A program made the position numbers and the translations under genes. DNA of 64,000 nucleotides from Candidatus Cloacimonadales bacterium (GTDB lineage Bacteria; Cloacimonadota; Cloacimonadia; Cloacimonadales; JAIOQZ01). Positions 48,903-59,041 of the stretch are shown here, piece by piece. Under the pieces are notes generated by a model. It did not search any database, was not told the origin of the DNA, and saw nothing but the letters and a program-made list of their open reading frames with translations. The DNA is taken from assembly GCA_963665815.1 (NCBI GenBank), contig OY762463.1, forward strand, positions 1,120,001 to 1,184,000. Direction: 5' to 3'. Position 1 is the stretch's first letter; each line of letters begins with the position of its first letter.

Positions 48903-49439
48903 TCAACCTCTTCTCACATTAATCCATTTTTTAATTTTTGAATATACTTTTGAATTCATCAATGCATTGGATTTTTCAATAATATTGGTTATTGAGTTCA
49001 GCAGGTTAGTTTTTCCACTCCAGTGTTTGTTGAGTATTTCCGGATTAATATCCTTAATAATAGTATTTAAGCCATATACAACAATGAGCAGATCATCCAT
49101 CAGTCCTATAACAGGAATAAAGTCCGGAATAAAATCTACAGGAAGTATAACATAACCTACAAGTGCCAGTATAAAGGTCTTGTCTTTAACCGGAACTTCT
49201 TTGTCTTTCAGTAACCTCAGCAACAGCATAAAAAAATCAGGCAGCATGAGAACGTAATCCAGTACAGGATGATCATGATATTTCCCAGCCATGTCCCTGA
49301 TCTTGTTTCTAAGCTTTTCGTAGAAACGATAATGCTTTTCCTGATCTTCTTTGTTATATTCAAAAGCTCTTAACTTTTTTACTTCCTCTTCGTTAAGTTC
49401 TTCTGCTTCAGTTTCGATGATTTCTTCATCATTAAACAT
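48903..49439 (-). CDS. YkvA/DUF1232 membrane protein
   Basis: YVILPVDFIPDFIPVIGLMDD. Confidence 0.9.
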   Translation of the reverse strand: MFNDEEIIETEAEELNEEEVKKLRAFEYNKEDQEKHYRFYEKLRNKIRDMAGKYHDHPVLDYVLMLPDFFMLLLRLLKDKEVPVKDKTFILALVGYVILPVDFIPDFIPVIGLMDDLLIVVYGLNTIIKDINPEILNKHWSGKTNLLNSITNIIEKSNALMNSKVYSKIKKWINVRRG

Positions 49440-50280
49440 TCAGTTCCTCCATGATTAGTTTTTCCAGATTGAGAACATGCATACGGGGCACCCAGAAATC
49501 TTCGCTTTTCATTCCGGGAAGACAATCTTCCAATTTCAGATTTGTTTTCAGTATCTCCAAATATTTATCATACTCCAAATCTTTATTGTTGTGTATAATC
49601 TCGAGAAATTTTGTTTTTAAACTCTTCAAATATACCAGATCAGATTCCAGTTTACTTTTTGATACATTATATCCATGTCCGGTTAGATACGTTGCACAAT
49701 TGAGACTAAGTAACTTTTGTAAACTACCTATCAGTTCTTTATGAGAACCCCAGTAAAAGTAAGGAATAGCATACTTTTCATTGCACGAATTTAATACTGT
49801 ATCCCCACAGATTACAAATGAATTGTTCCCTGAATAAATTGATGAACTATCCGGAGAATGTCCCGGAGTATGAACAATACGTAAATCAATATTATCCAGG
49901 AACTGAATCCCTGTATCAAAAATAATATTCGGTTTTCGGATGATATCATTATTGATTGTTCTTACTCTTTTCTTTGAAATTACATATTTTTCTCTGCTTA
50001 TTGTAGTCCAGAAATCCTTATGAGCAATGATAACTGTGTTATCCTCAGCAATAATTCTGTTACCATAGCAATGGTCACTATGCCAATGAGTATTAACAAT
50101 ATAACGAACTGGCTTTGCAACCTCAATAATATGTTCTTTAAGCTCATTTATGTCTTTAGGACGAATCAGAGTATCAAATACAATCAGGAAATCAGTCATT
50201 TCCAGAACATAAGAATTCACACAAGCTCCATCTGAACAGAGTTGTGTTAAACTATCATTTATTTTAATTTTCTCCAGCAT
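49432..50280 (-). CDS. Metallo-beta-lactamase fold hydrolase
   Basis: NTHWHSDHCYGN, HTPGHS, GD, TGHG. Confidence 0.9.
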   Translation of the reverse strand: MLEKIKINDSLTQLCSDGACVNSYVLEMTDFLIVFDTLIRPKDINELKEHIIEVAKPVRYIVNTHWHSDHCYGNRIIAEDNTVIIAHKDFWTTISREKYVISKKRVRTINNDIIRKPNIIFDTGIQFLDNIDLRIVHTPGHSPDSSSIYSGNNSFVICGDTVLNSCNEKYAIPYFYWGSHKELIGSLQKLLSLNCATYLTGHGYNVSKSKLESDLVYLKSLKTKFLEIIHNNKDLEYDKYLEILKTNLKLEDCLPGMKSEDFWVPRMHVLNLEKLIMEELNV

Positions 50281-50431
50281 ATCTCATCTCAAAATTTTAC
50301 TTGTGACATTTCTATACTTCCTTGAAATTTTTGCAAGTATTATTAACCTCAGAGATTAACTATGTTCTCTCAGCTCATAGCTTTTCAGATCAGAAATTTA
50401 TCAAACTTAATTCTTCATATGCAATTTCATT

Positions 50432-50465
50432 AAAAGAGCCCTCCGACAGCAGAATCAAAGGGCTC
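50432..50465 (-). terminator. Minus-strand terminator with no annotated upstream gene
   Basis: Minus RNA GAGCCCUUUGAU-UCUGCU-GUCGGAGGGCUC-UUUU; G-U pairs extend the stem on the minus strand only. Confidence 0.55.
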
Positions 50466-50896
50466 ATGTTCATGAGAACATATGTAATTACTCATAGTTT
50501 AATTATTATTAAACAGATAGTTATGTCAACTCAAACAATAAAAATTATTTGAGGTGACAGATATTTTTTACTTGCTTTATTGTACTATAATCATCAGATA
50601 TCTTTTTATGACAAAGTTTGAAAAATACAAGAATAGAGTTTTGTGTTTTCATAATAGATTATTATATTGTTATTAAGTATTTGCTTCTCTAGTTTCAGTC
50701 TTTAAAGAATATGATGAGACCTTTGCACAATTGATTTAGCTGATGAATTCAGAATTTCATCCTATTTCAGATCAAAAATTGATCCTTAAATGACTCTCTT
50801 GCAGATTCTTTTAAATTCATCGAACCAAAGAGTCATAAAGGATTATTGTTGTTATTATGCAAAGATCCCTTATTAATCACATATCGAGGAGAATCT

Positions 50897-53809
50897 GTGT
50901 CAAAGAAAGCATTCACCAATGAACTTAAACTCAAAATCAGGTTATCATTAATCTACATGACTCTTTTTCTTTCTATTGTTTGGATAATGCATGATTACAT
51001 TCTGTATACACGTAATGTGAGCAGAATGAGAAAATCTTTAATTGGTGATGCGAAACAGGAAGCACTGGAAAAAATTAAAGAAGTAAAAACCTATATTTAC
51101 TATCAGAAAGCCAAAACTGAACAACAGCAAAAAGATCTACTCATCACAAAGATAAATGAAGCTTATTCCATTGCCACAAACTTGTATAACAAGTACAGAA
51201 AATCAAAAAATGATGCTGAGTTGAAAGAACTGATCATAAGCACTCTGGAGTCTATTAGATGGAACGATGGTCAAGGTTATTATTTCGGGATATCCATGAA
51301 GGGAATAAACCAGATTCATCCAAGAGATCCTCGAGGGAAGAATATTTACGAACAGCAGGACACAAAAGGTGATTTTTTTGTAAAGAGAATGATTGAACTG
51401 ATTAGAAGAGAGCGTGAAGGATTCGTTAAATACTATTGGGAAAATAGACCCGGCTCAAATATTCAAGCAGAAAAACTGACATATATTAAGTATTTTGAAC
51501 CTTTTGACTGGTTTTTAGGGGCTGGAATGTATATTGCCCATGAGTCTGAGCAACTTCAACAAGCGGTACTTGATCAATTCGGATATATTGGTGAATTGTA
51601 TGAACAGGAATTTCTGTACCTTTTTGATGGTGATGGACCAGTTATATACTGTGCAGCCTTTCCTGAACTGGTAGGAAAGGATTTCAGAGAAGTAAAAGAT
51701 AATAAGAAACACTACTTTATGACAAGGCTTAAAGAAAATGCAGATTTCAACTCTCAGGAGTTTGTTGAATACAGCTGGATGAATCCCGAGACATCCAGAA
51801 GTTCTGTAAAACTCAGTATTGCCAAGAAATTTGATGACTGGAACTGGTACATTGTCTCCGGCTTCTATATGAATGACATTGAAGAAAAAATAAGTGAACA
51901 ACTGAAGTATATCAAACTCGCATCTCTGATCAAATTGCTTTTGTCTATCATTGTTTTCGTAATTATTGCCTACATTTTTAACAAGATTGCTAATTTGATG
52001 ATTCTGAATACAATCAATGATTTCAAAATATTCTCTGACTTTGTGAAAAACAGTAATGAGGAAGTAAAGAGAATCGATAAAAGTAAAATTCAATACATTG
52101 AATTCGCTGAACTGGCAGATGATGTGAATCTCATGATTCAGAAGCGTGAAGAAGCTGAAAATCAAATTAACAATTATAAAGACGATCTGGAACTGCTGGT
52201 TGATAAACGAACTAAAGAACTTTTGAATCTTAACAACCAACTCAATATTGAGAATCAAGAACGGATTAGAACTGCTAAGGAACTTAAAGCTCAAAAGCAT
52301 CAGTTTGAAACAATTATTCAATCATCTCCATCAATTATTTTTGGTGTATCTCCTTTTGGAGAAATTGAATTCATCAATCCTGCCGGGGAACAAATTACCG
52401 GTTATTCTTCCAGTGAAGTTATAAAAAGAGACTGGTGTAAAGTATTCTTCCCAGATCATAAATTCAGATTTCCGCAGGATTTTCTCACAGAGAATGAATT
52501 TGATTATGATGATCAAGTCACACTGACTACGAAAAACGGTGATAAGAAAAATATCATCTATAATGTCAGAAAATTCTTTGATCATGACAAACAATTAAAA
52601 GAAATCTTCTTTTTTGGTAATGATGTAACTGATATATTAAAGGCAAAAAATGAAATTGCTGCTTCAAAGAAATACATCCAGAATATCATTGATTCCATGC
52701 CATCAGGAATTATCAGTGTAGACTCTGATTGCATTATTACTCTCTGGAATACAGAAATATCCATAAGTTCCGGCATTTCTGCTGAAAATGCTGAAGGTAA
52801 ACCTATTGATGATGTCTTGCCCTGGTTGAAAAATATAAAGAAATCAATAGATAAGGCAATAATGATGCGATCTATTCAGGAAGAATCCAAAGTCCCATAT
52901 TCAAACATGGACTCCATATATTACTTGAATATCACAGTTTATCCTTTGATTTCTGATAACGCGATGGGGGCAGTAATAAGAATTGATGACATAACTAAAA
53001 AAATCAAGATGGAAGAAATAATGATTCAATCGGAAAAAATGCTCTCGATTGGTGGACTTGCAGCCGGGATGGCCCATGAGATAAACAATCCTCTGGCAGG
53101 TATGATACAAAATGCAGATGTACTGCAAAATAGATTATCCTCTGGCTTAAAAAAGAATTTTGCAGTTGCAGATGAGCTGGGAATTGATTTCAATTTGATT
53201 CTGAAATACATGGAAAAAAGAAGCATCTTCAATTTACTTTCCAATATTAAAAATTCCGGACTGATTGCAGCAAAAATTGTTGATAATATGTTGAGTTTCG
53301 CACGGGACAATAAAACAAGAATTAAAAAAGAAAATATTATCGATCTTTTAGATAAAACTATTGACCTTGCGTCTAATGATTATAATATGAGGAAAAAATT
53401 CGATTTCAAGAAAATTGAAATTCATCGTGAATATCAACCCAATCTACCGGTAATTAATTGTGAAAGCTCAAAAATTCAACAAGTAATTCTTAATCTGCTC
53501 AGGAATTCTGCATATGCACTGACGAAAAGCAATATCACAGAAAAAAGAGAACCAAAGATATATATACGGGCATTCACTGAAATGGGATCACTCAGAATAG
53601 AAATTGAAGACAATGGACCCGGTATACCGGAAAAACATCAAAAGCAAATATTTGAACCATTTTTCACGCTGAAATCTGTTGGAGAAGGAACAGGCTTAGG
53701 ATTATCAGTTTCATATTTCATTGTAACTGAAAACCACAAAGGTTCTATGTACGTTGAGTCAAAAATGGACGAGTTTACAAAATTCATAATCATATTACCA
53801 TATGATTAA
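50897..53809 (+). CDS. Cache-domain, two-PAS sensor histidine kinase
   Basis: GTG start after GAGGAG; TM; Cache motifs (GYYF, GFVKYYW, KLTYIKYFEPFDW); two PAS; GMAHEINNPL, NLLRNS, DNGPGI, GTGLGL. Confidence 0.92.
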   Translation: MSKKAFTNELKLKIRLSLIYMTLFLSIVWIMHDYILYTRNVSRMRKSLIGDAKQEALEKIKEVKTYIYYQKAKTEQQQKDLLITKINEAYSIATNLYNKYRKSKNDAELKELIISTLESIRWNDGQGYYFGISMKGINQIHPRDPRGKNIYEQQDTKGDFFVKRMIELIRREREGFVKYYWENRPGSNIQAEKLTYIKYFEPFDWFLGAGMYIAHESEQLQQAVLDQFGYIGELYEQEFLYLFDGDGPVIYCAAFPELVGKDFREVKDNKKHYFMTRLKENADFNSQEFVEYSWMNPETSRSSVKLSIAKKFDDWNWYIVSGFYMNDIEEKISEQLKYIKLASLIKLLLSIIVFVIIAYIFNKIANLMILNTINDFKIFSDFVKNSNEEVKRIDKSKIQYIEFAELADDVNLMIQKREEAENQINNYKDDLELLVDKRTKELLNLNNQLNIENQERIRTAKELKAQKHQFETIIQSSPSIIFGVSPFGEIEFINPAGEQITGYSSSEVIKRDWCKVFFPDHKFRFPQDFLTENEFDYDDQVTLTTKNGDKKNIIYNVRKFFDHDKQLKEIFFFGNDVTDILKAKNEIAASKKYIQNIIDSMPSGIISVDSDCIITLWNTEISISSGISAENAEGKPIDDVLPWLKNIKKSIDKAIMMRSIQEESKVPYSNMDSIYYLNITVYPLISDNAMGAVIRIDDITKKIKMEEIMIQSEKMLSIGGLAAGMAHEINNPLAGMIQNADVLQNRLSSGLKKNFAVADELGIDFNLILKYMEKRSIFNLLSNIKNSGLIAAKIVDNMLSFARDNKTRIKKENIIDLLDKTIDLASNDYNMRKKFDFKKIEIHREYQPNLPVINCESSKIQQVILNLLRNSAYALTKSNITEKREPKIYIRAFTEMGSLRIEIEDNGPGIPEKHQKQIFEPFFTLKSVGEGTGLGLSVSYFIVTENHKGSMYVESKMDEFTKFIIILPYD

Positions 53810-53893
53810 GTTGGTTAACATAAAAAAATAATTCGCTTTTGTTTTTTTTACATTATTATATTATTGATACTTAAATATTATCATGAGGTACAA

Positions 53894-54277
53894 ATGGACA
53901 ATCAAGATGTAAAAATTCTTGTCCTTGATGATGACATTGCTGTCCAGGAAAGTCTGGAGGCATTTCTTGAGGATGAAAACTTCGACGTATTTAAGGCTGG
54001 TTCAGCAGAAGAAGCACTTGAACTGTTAAAAGATACGGCAATAGATATTGCTATTGTAGATATTAGACTCCCCGGGAAAAATGGAGATGAATTCATTTCT
54101 GAAATGCTTGATAGAGGTACTGACACAAAATTTATTATATATACCGGTTCTGTCGGTTACTCTCATCCGAAATCCATATGTAGTTCCTGCAATGTCTATA
54201 AAAAAGTTTTTATCAAACCTCAGATTAACCTTAATGTATTTATTGAAGTGATTCAGCAAATAATGTCTATGGAGTAG
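53894..54277 (+). CDS. Single-domain response regulator
   Basis: VLDDD, VDIRLP, YTG, IKP; ATG 53894 after GAGG. Confidence 0.88.
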   Translation: MDNQDVKILVLDDDIAVQESLEAFLEDENFDVFKAGSAEEALELLKDTAIDIAIVDIRLPGKNGDEFISEMLDRGTDTKFIIYTGSVGYSHPKSICSSCNVYKKVFIKPQINLNVFIEVIQQIMSME

Positions 54278-54279
54278 GA

Positions 54280-57144
54280 ATGAACGAACTGGAAAAATGT
54301 AAAATCCTTGTTATTGATGATGAACTGTCTATACGTGAAAGTTTTGTTGCACACCTTGAAGATCTTGATTATGAAATTTATCAGGCCGAGAATGGTCGAG
54401 TTGGTATAGAAAGAATACAGGAACTAAAGCCTGATCTAATTCTTGTCGATTTAAGAATGCCGGAAATTGATGGACATGGTGTTCTACAATGGACAGGAGA
54501 AAATACTCCCGAAACACCTGTCATAGTCATCTCCGGAACAGGTCTCATTACAGACGCTGTAGATGCTCTAAGACTTGGAGCCTGGGATTATCTTCTCAAA
54601 CCGGTTGAGGATCTTAATGTTCTGACTCATGCCGTTAACAGCGTACTTGAAAAAGCAAGATTAATAAAGCAGAATGAAGAGTATAAAGAACACCTGGAAC
54701 AACTTGTTGAAGAGAAAACTAAGGAACTTAGAAAAGTAAATAAAAATCTGGTTAATGTGAATCAACGACTCCAACAGATTGTTGATACGGCAAGTACATT
54801 GTCAGGTATTACAAATATTGAAGACTTCAGAAAAAGATTTCTTGAGGAATTCGGAAGACACATGATAGCATCAGGCGGTAGTCTCTATATTATTCAGAAA
54901 GATGGTCTGAAGCTTGTTCATACACTTGATCCGGGACACGCACCGGAATTTATCAATTTCCCATTAGCTGAACACACATTGTTCAAAAAAGTCCTTGAAG
55001 AAAAAAAACCGGTTCTTGTTGAAGATATTTTTCAGGATAGTGAAGTTGAATCAAGTGGATGGAAAAAATATAAGAATAAGTCCTCATTAGTATTTCCTCT
55101 ACCTGATGAGAATGGAAATATATTTGGTTTACTCGCTCTCCATAACAAAATAAAACCGCCTTTCCTGGAACAAGATAAGGAAATTGGTAGTATCTTAACT
55201 ACTTATGGTTCTGAAACTTTGCGTGCAGTTCATGCGATTGAAGCACTTAAGGAAAGTGAAGAAAAATATCGATTACTTGTTGAGTCGGCTAATCAAATTA
55301 TCCTCGTAATATCACTCAATGGGACAGTTAGATTTATTAATCATTCATCTCAATCCCTTTTCGGAAGGGATCCTGAGTACATTATCAATAAAAATATTTC
55401 AGAACTTTTCAGTTCAAATGTCAGGACAGAAATACAGGAGAGAATAGATACTGCTCTTTGCAATGTTCAGCAGGTATCCAGTATACTTGAAGTACAAGAT
55501 TATAATGATAACAGAAAATGGTTTGATGTAAGAATACAGCCTATAATAAGTCACAAAAATCCTGTTACAAACACAGCTCTTGTAATTATGGCAGATATTA
55601 CAGACAGGATTCTTATTGAAGAAGCTCTTCTCGCAAGCGAAGCAAAATTCAGAGCTATCTTCGAATATTCTCCGATAATGATACAGCTTCTTGATACCAA
55701 TGGAATGTGTCTGCTATGCAATAGAGAATACAAAAATGTTTCAGGTTGGACTGATGAAGAACTGAAAAGTAATGATCCTCTTGAATTTATGATTAAAGAT
55801 AAAAGCACTATCGACTCTGCTCGTGAAGCCCTGCTTTCAACCGATGGCGTATTCAAAGACTATGTAACTAAAACCAACTCCGGTGAAACCAGATATCAAT
55901 CCTGGGCAAGCTTCAGACTTCCGGACGAATCAATACTGTTTGTTGGAAATGATATTACAGAGAAAAGAAAAGCTGAAGAGCAGAACGAGCTTATTCAGCA
56001 GCAGCTTAATCAAGCCCAAAAACTTGAGGCAATAGGCAGACTTGCAGGTGGAGTTGCACATGACTTCAACAATATGCTCTCACCAATCCTTGGATATGGC
56101 GAGTTATTGCTTGATGAGTTTTCAGAGAATAACAAAACAAGGTCTGTCCTTATGGAAATCAGAAAAGCTGCTTTACGCTCAAGAGATCTTACTCAGCAGC
56201 TTCTGGCATTTGGTAGAAAACAAACTCTGGAAATGAAAACTTTCAATCTTAATAAAGCAGTTAAGGATTTCAGAAAACTGATAAGAAGAACTTTGCGTGA
56301 AGATATTGAACTTGAACTTAATCTGTGTGAAAATGAGAACACAATAAAAGCCGATATCGGTCAACTTGATCAGGTATTAATGAATCTAGTGATTAATGCT
56401 CAGGATGCAATGCCTGACGGTGGAAAACTCAGAATTTCTACAAGACTGGAAAAGTTGAAAGAAAATCAATTGGAAAAACTTCAGGATTTAACACCAGGTT
56501 CCTACATGGTTTTAACTGTAGCTGACAGTGGTCTCGGAATTCCAAAAGAATTGATGGACAGAATTTTTGAACCGTTCTTTACAACAAAGGAAGCAGGTAA
56601 AGGTACCGGACTTGGACTCGCTACTGTATACGGAATAATGAAACAGCATGGTGGAGGAATCTCAGTTCAATCTGAGTCAGGAAAAGGAACTGAGTTTGAA
56701 GTTTATTTGCCTTCTGCCGATGCTCCTCCTGAGGATTATAACTATTCTGAGTCAGAGAAAGTCAACTCTGATGGAAAAGAAACCATACTGGTTGCTGAAG
56801 ATCAGGAAGTTGTAAGAAATCTGGTCTGCAATATTCTGAAGAAACAGGGATTTCAAACAATTACTGCTTCTACAGCAGAAGATGTGATAAAAACTGCTGA
56901 AAACTATGAAGGTAAAATACACCTTCTTCTCTCTGATCTTGTAATGCCCGGTATCAATGGTAAACAACTTTATGAAAAACTTAAAGAGAAAAGGGAAAAA
57001 CTTAAAGTCTTATATATGTCAGGTTATACGGGAGATGTAATTGCTCATCACGGTATACTTGATGAAGGTACGGAGTTTATCCAAAAACCTTTTACAATAA
57101 AATCGCTTTCAGCAAAAATAAAGGAAGTGCTTCAGAAAGACTGA
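54280..57144 (+). CDS. Hybrid histidine kinase: REC-GAF-PAS-PAS-HisKA-HATPase-REC
   Basis: REC (IDDE, VDLRMP); GAF-like region (PVLVED..LLALHNK); GGVAHDFNNML; NLVINAQDAM; GTGLGL; C-terminal REC. Confidence 0.92.
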   Translation: MNELEKCKILVIDDELSIRESFVAHLEDLDYEIYQAENGRVGIERIQELKPDLILVDLRMPEIDGHGVLQWTGENTPETPVIVISGTGLITDAVDALRLGAWDYLLKPVEDLNVLTHAVNSVLEKARLIKQNEEYKEHLEQLVEEKTKELRKVNKNLVNVNQRLQQIVDTASTLSGITNIEDFRKRFLEEFGRHMIASGGSLYIIQKDGLKLVHTLDPGHAPEFINFPLAEHTLFKKVLEEKKPVLVEDIFQDSEVESSGWKKYKNKSSLVFPLPDENGNIFGLLALHNKIKPPFLEQDKEIGSILTTYGSETLRAVHAIEALKESEEKYRLLVESANQIILVISLNGTVRFINHSSQSLFGRDPEYIINKNISELFSSNVRTEIQERIDTALCNVQQVSSILEVQDYNDNRKWFDVRIQPIISHKNPVTNTALVIMADITDRILIEEALLASEAKFRAIFEYSPIMIQLLDTNGMCLLCNREYKNVSGWTDEELKSNDPLEFMIKDKSTIDSAREALLSTDGVFKDYVTKTNSGETRYQSWASFRLPDESILFVGNDITEKRKAEEQNELIQQQLNQAQKLEAIGRLAGGVAHDFNNMLSPILGYGELLLDEFSENNKTRSVLMEIRKAALRSRDLTQQLLAFGRKQTLEMKTFNLNKAVKDFRKLIRRTLREDIELELNLCENENTIKADIGQLDQVLMNLVINAQDAMPDGGKLRISTRLEKLKENQLEKLQDLTPGSYMVLTVADSGLGIPKELMDRIFEPFFTTKEAGKGTGLGLATVYGIMKQHGGGISVQSESGKGTEFEVYLPSADAPPEDYNYSESEKVNSDGKETILVAEDQEVVRNLVCNILKKQGFQTITASTAEDVIKTAENYEGKIHLLLSDLVMPGINGKQLYEKLKEKREKLKVLYMSGYTGDVIAHHGILDEGTEFIQKPFTIKSLSAKIKEVLQKD

Positions 57145-57148
57145 TATC

Positions 57149-57937
57149 TTAACTGACAACAAAATCAAATACAAGAAGGCTGTTTACAGATCCAATCTGT
57201 ACTTCATTACTGCCTTTATGTAACACTGTTTTCCTCTCCGCTCTTCTGCTTCCGCCAATCTGTATATTATTCACATATGTTCCAAGAGTTGAACCTCTGT
57301 CGTAAAATACAAGTTCACCTTTGAATAAGAGTACGGAAAAATGAGACCTTGAAACGGTAAATGGAGGATTATCATAAAGCATGAGGTTGTTTGAGTGAAA
57401 CATGTCATCAGATCTTCTTCTGGAAAATCTTCCACAATATAACGGATACTCACTGATTTCTATCTTAGACTTGCCGTTCAAAGCTTCAATAGCATAGTCA
57501 GTCTTAGGAACAATAGTAAGTTCAGGTGAATTATCATCAGAAGTCTTGTTTATAATTGAAGCTTTGTCAGCGTTTTCAAGTAGTAGCATATTGTAATGTC
57601 TGATTCTTTCTGCCATTGACTGAATAATCGGCTTAATCAGCTCAGCATGCTCAGTATCGTATAGTTCACTGAAAACACGTGGATTTATCAGTTTAAGCTT
57701 AACATCAGTAAAAGCTTTTGCAGTATATGTTCTGGCTTCTTCAAGGATAAAACCCATTTCACCAAATACCTGACCTTCTGAAAGATATCCAATTTCGACT
57801 TCTCTGTTTTGCTCATCTCTTTTTATCAATCGGACTTTACCCTCAATGACTAAAAAAATTACATCTGCTACTTCACCTTCACGAATGATTAATTCATTTC
57901 TCCTGTATCGCTTAATTTCCGAATACGAGTATCCCAT
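57149..57937 (-). CDS. Cyclic-nucleotide-binding + FHA domain protein
   Basis: cNMP: IIREGE, FGEMG, RTYTA. FHA: CGR, VSRSH, DRGSTLGTYVN. Confidence 0.85.
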   Translation of the reverse strand: MGYSYSEIKRYRRNELIIREGEVADVIFLVIEGKVRLIKRDEQNREVEIGYLSEGQVFGEMGFILEEARTYTAKAFTDVKLKLINPRVFSELYDTEHAELIKPIIQSMAERIRHYNMLLLENADKASIINKTSDDNSPELTIVPKTDYAIEALNGKSKIEISEYPLYCGRFSRRRSDDMFHSNNLMLYDNPPFTVSRSHFSVLLFKGELVFYDRGSTLGTYVNNIQIGGSRRAERKTVLHKGSNEVQIGSVNSLLVFDFVVS

Positions 57938-58043
57938 TAATTCTCCAATATATTTTTATTATGAATTATGATTTGCACTATTTACATTTTACTATATCAT
58001 TGTCAAGAAATTCTGACAAAGTAAAACAATGTTTACTTTTTTT

Positions 58044-58559
58044 TTAGCTACCATCTCTGATAAGAAAATTTCTTTTCTGCAAAAATTTCTCCAGCATTAT
58101 TGAAAAAACAATTATCAGTGGTAATGATAAAAGCAATCTGATAAGCGAAAACTTAAGCCCAAGACTTGATATCTCAAATACTGTCATCGGTATTCGAAAT
58201 ATTGCCGCAGCATTAATGTATGTAAAAATAACACTTAATCTGGCGTTCTTTTTGTAAAGAGAATATGCTACAGGAAATGCTACATACAAACCACCTACTG
58301 TGAATCCGGCGAGAAGAACAGCCCAGAAATATCCTGCAAACACTGAGTTTGTTCCCATATGATTCTCTATTGTCTCTTTTTTTACCCAGACTTCCAGAAG
58401 ACCAATTAATACAAATGCACATGGCAATAATATTATAAAATCTTTTGCAAAATCTACGAAATTCTTTCCAATTTCCTGCCCCGGCTCGAATGAAAAAAGA
58501 AATGAACACCCTATAAGAACTAAATATATTACTGAAAATACTATGAATTTCCTGCTCAT
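58044..58559 (-). CDS. Permease half (ArsP/DUF318-like)
   Basis: TM helices; GLLEVWV, GGLYVAFPVA..L.KK.A; ATGA overlap with the upstream gene. Confidence 0.75.
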   Translation of the reverse strand: MSRKFIVFSVIYLVLIGCSFLFSFEPGQEIGKNFVDFAKDFIILLPCAFVLIGLLEVWVKKETIENHMGTNSVFAGYFWAVLLAGFTVGGLYVAFPVAYSLYKKNARLSVIFTYINAAAIFRIPMTVFEISSLGLKFSLIRLLLSLPLIIVFSIMLEKFLQKRNFLIRDGS

Positions 58560-59041
58560 ATAAAAAGTTCTCCGAAAATGAAACCGGTGAAAAGTGCTAT
58601 GATTAAAGCAATGAGCAGACTAACAAAATTCCTGAGAACTGATATCTTAATTCCGAAATATTTAATTTCAATTGGTATTGATACGAGTCCAACCATCATT
58701 AATGTTGTTGAAAATGCAGAAAGAACCATGTAGGTAACTCCTTTCTGTAAAAGAAGCCTGCATAAAGGAAATGCAATAAATCCCGGCAATACACTAATAG
58801 AACCGATTGCAGATGCCAACGTGAGAGAAACACCTTTGCTTTCATTGTCCAGAATTGCAAGAATAACCTTCTCCGGTAGTAGATACAACACGATAGAAAC
58901 AAACATCAGCATTACAGCAAATGGCGGAATAATCTTCTGCATCTTCTTTACAGCTATTCTCAGTGCTTTCAGAGTTTTCTTTTTATCAAAACAAAACGAG
59001 ACAAATAAGGCAATTATAGTTACCAGTAGAAGAATCCTCAT
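58556..59041 (-). CDS. Permease half (ArsP/DUF318-like)
   Basis: IGSISVLPGFIAFPL..LL.KG, TLMMVG...EIKYFG..RN. Confidence 0.75.
   Translation of the reverse strand: MRILLLVTIIALFVSFCFDKKKTLKALRIAVKKMQKIIPPFAVMLMFVSIVLYLLPEKVILAILDNESKGVSLTLASAIGSISVLPGFIAFPLCRLLLQKGVTYMVLSAFSTTLMMVGLVSIPIEIKYFGIKISVLRNFVSLLIALIIALFTGFIFGELFI

Noticed and set aside
51515-52321. 268-aa minus-strand ORF and the many other short antisense or alternate-frame ORFs in the track
   Set aside because: They lie inside well-supported genes and have no motifs; they are shadow ORFs.
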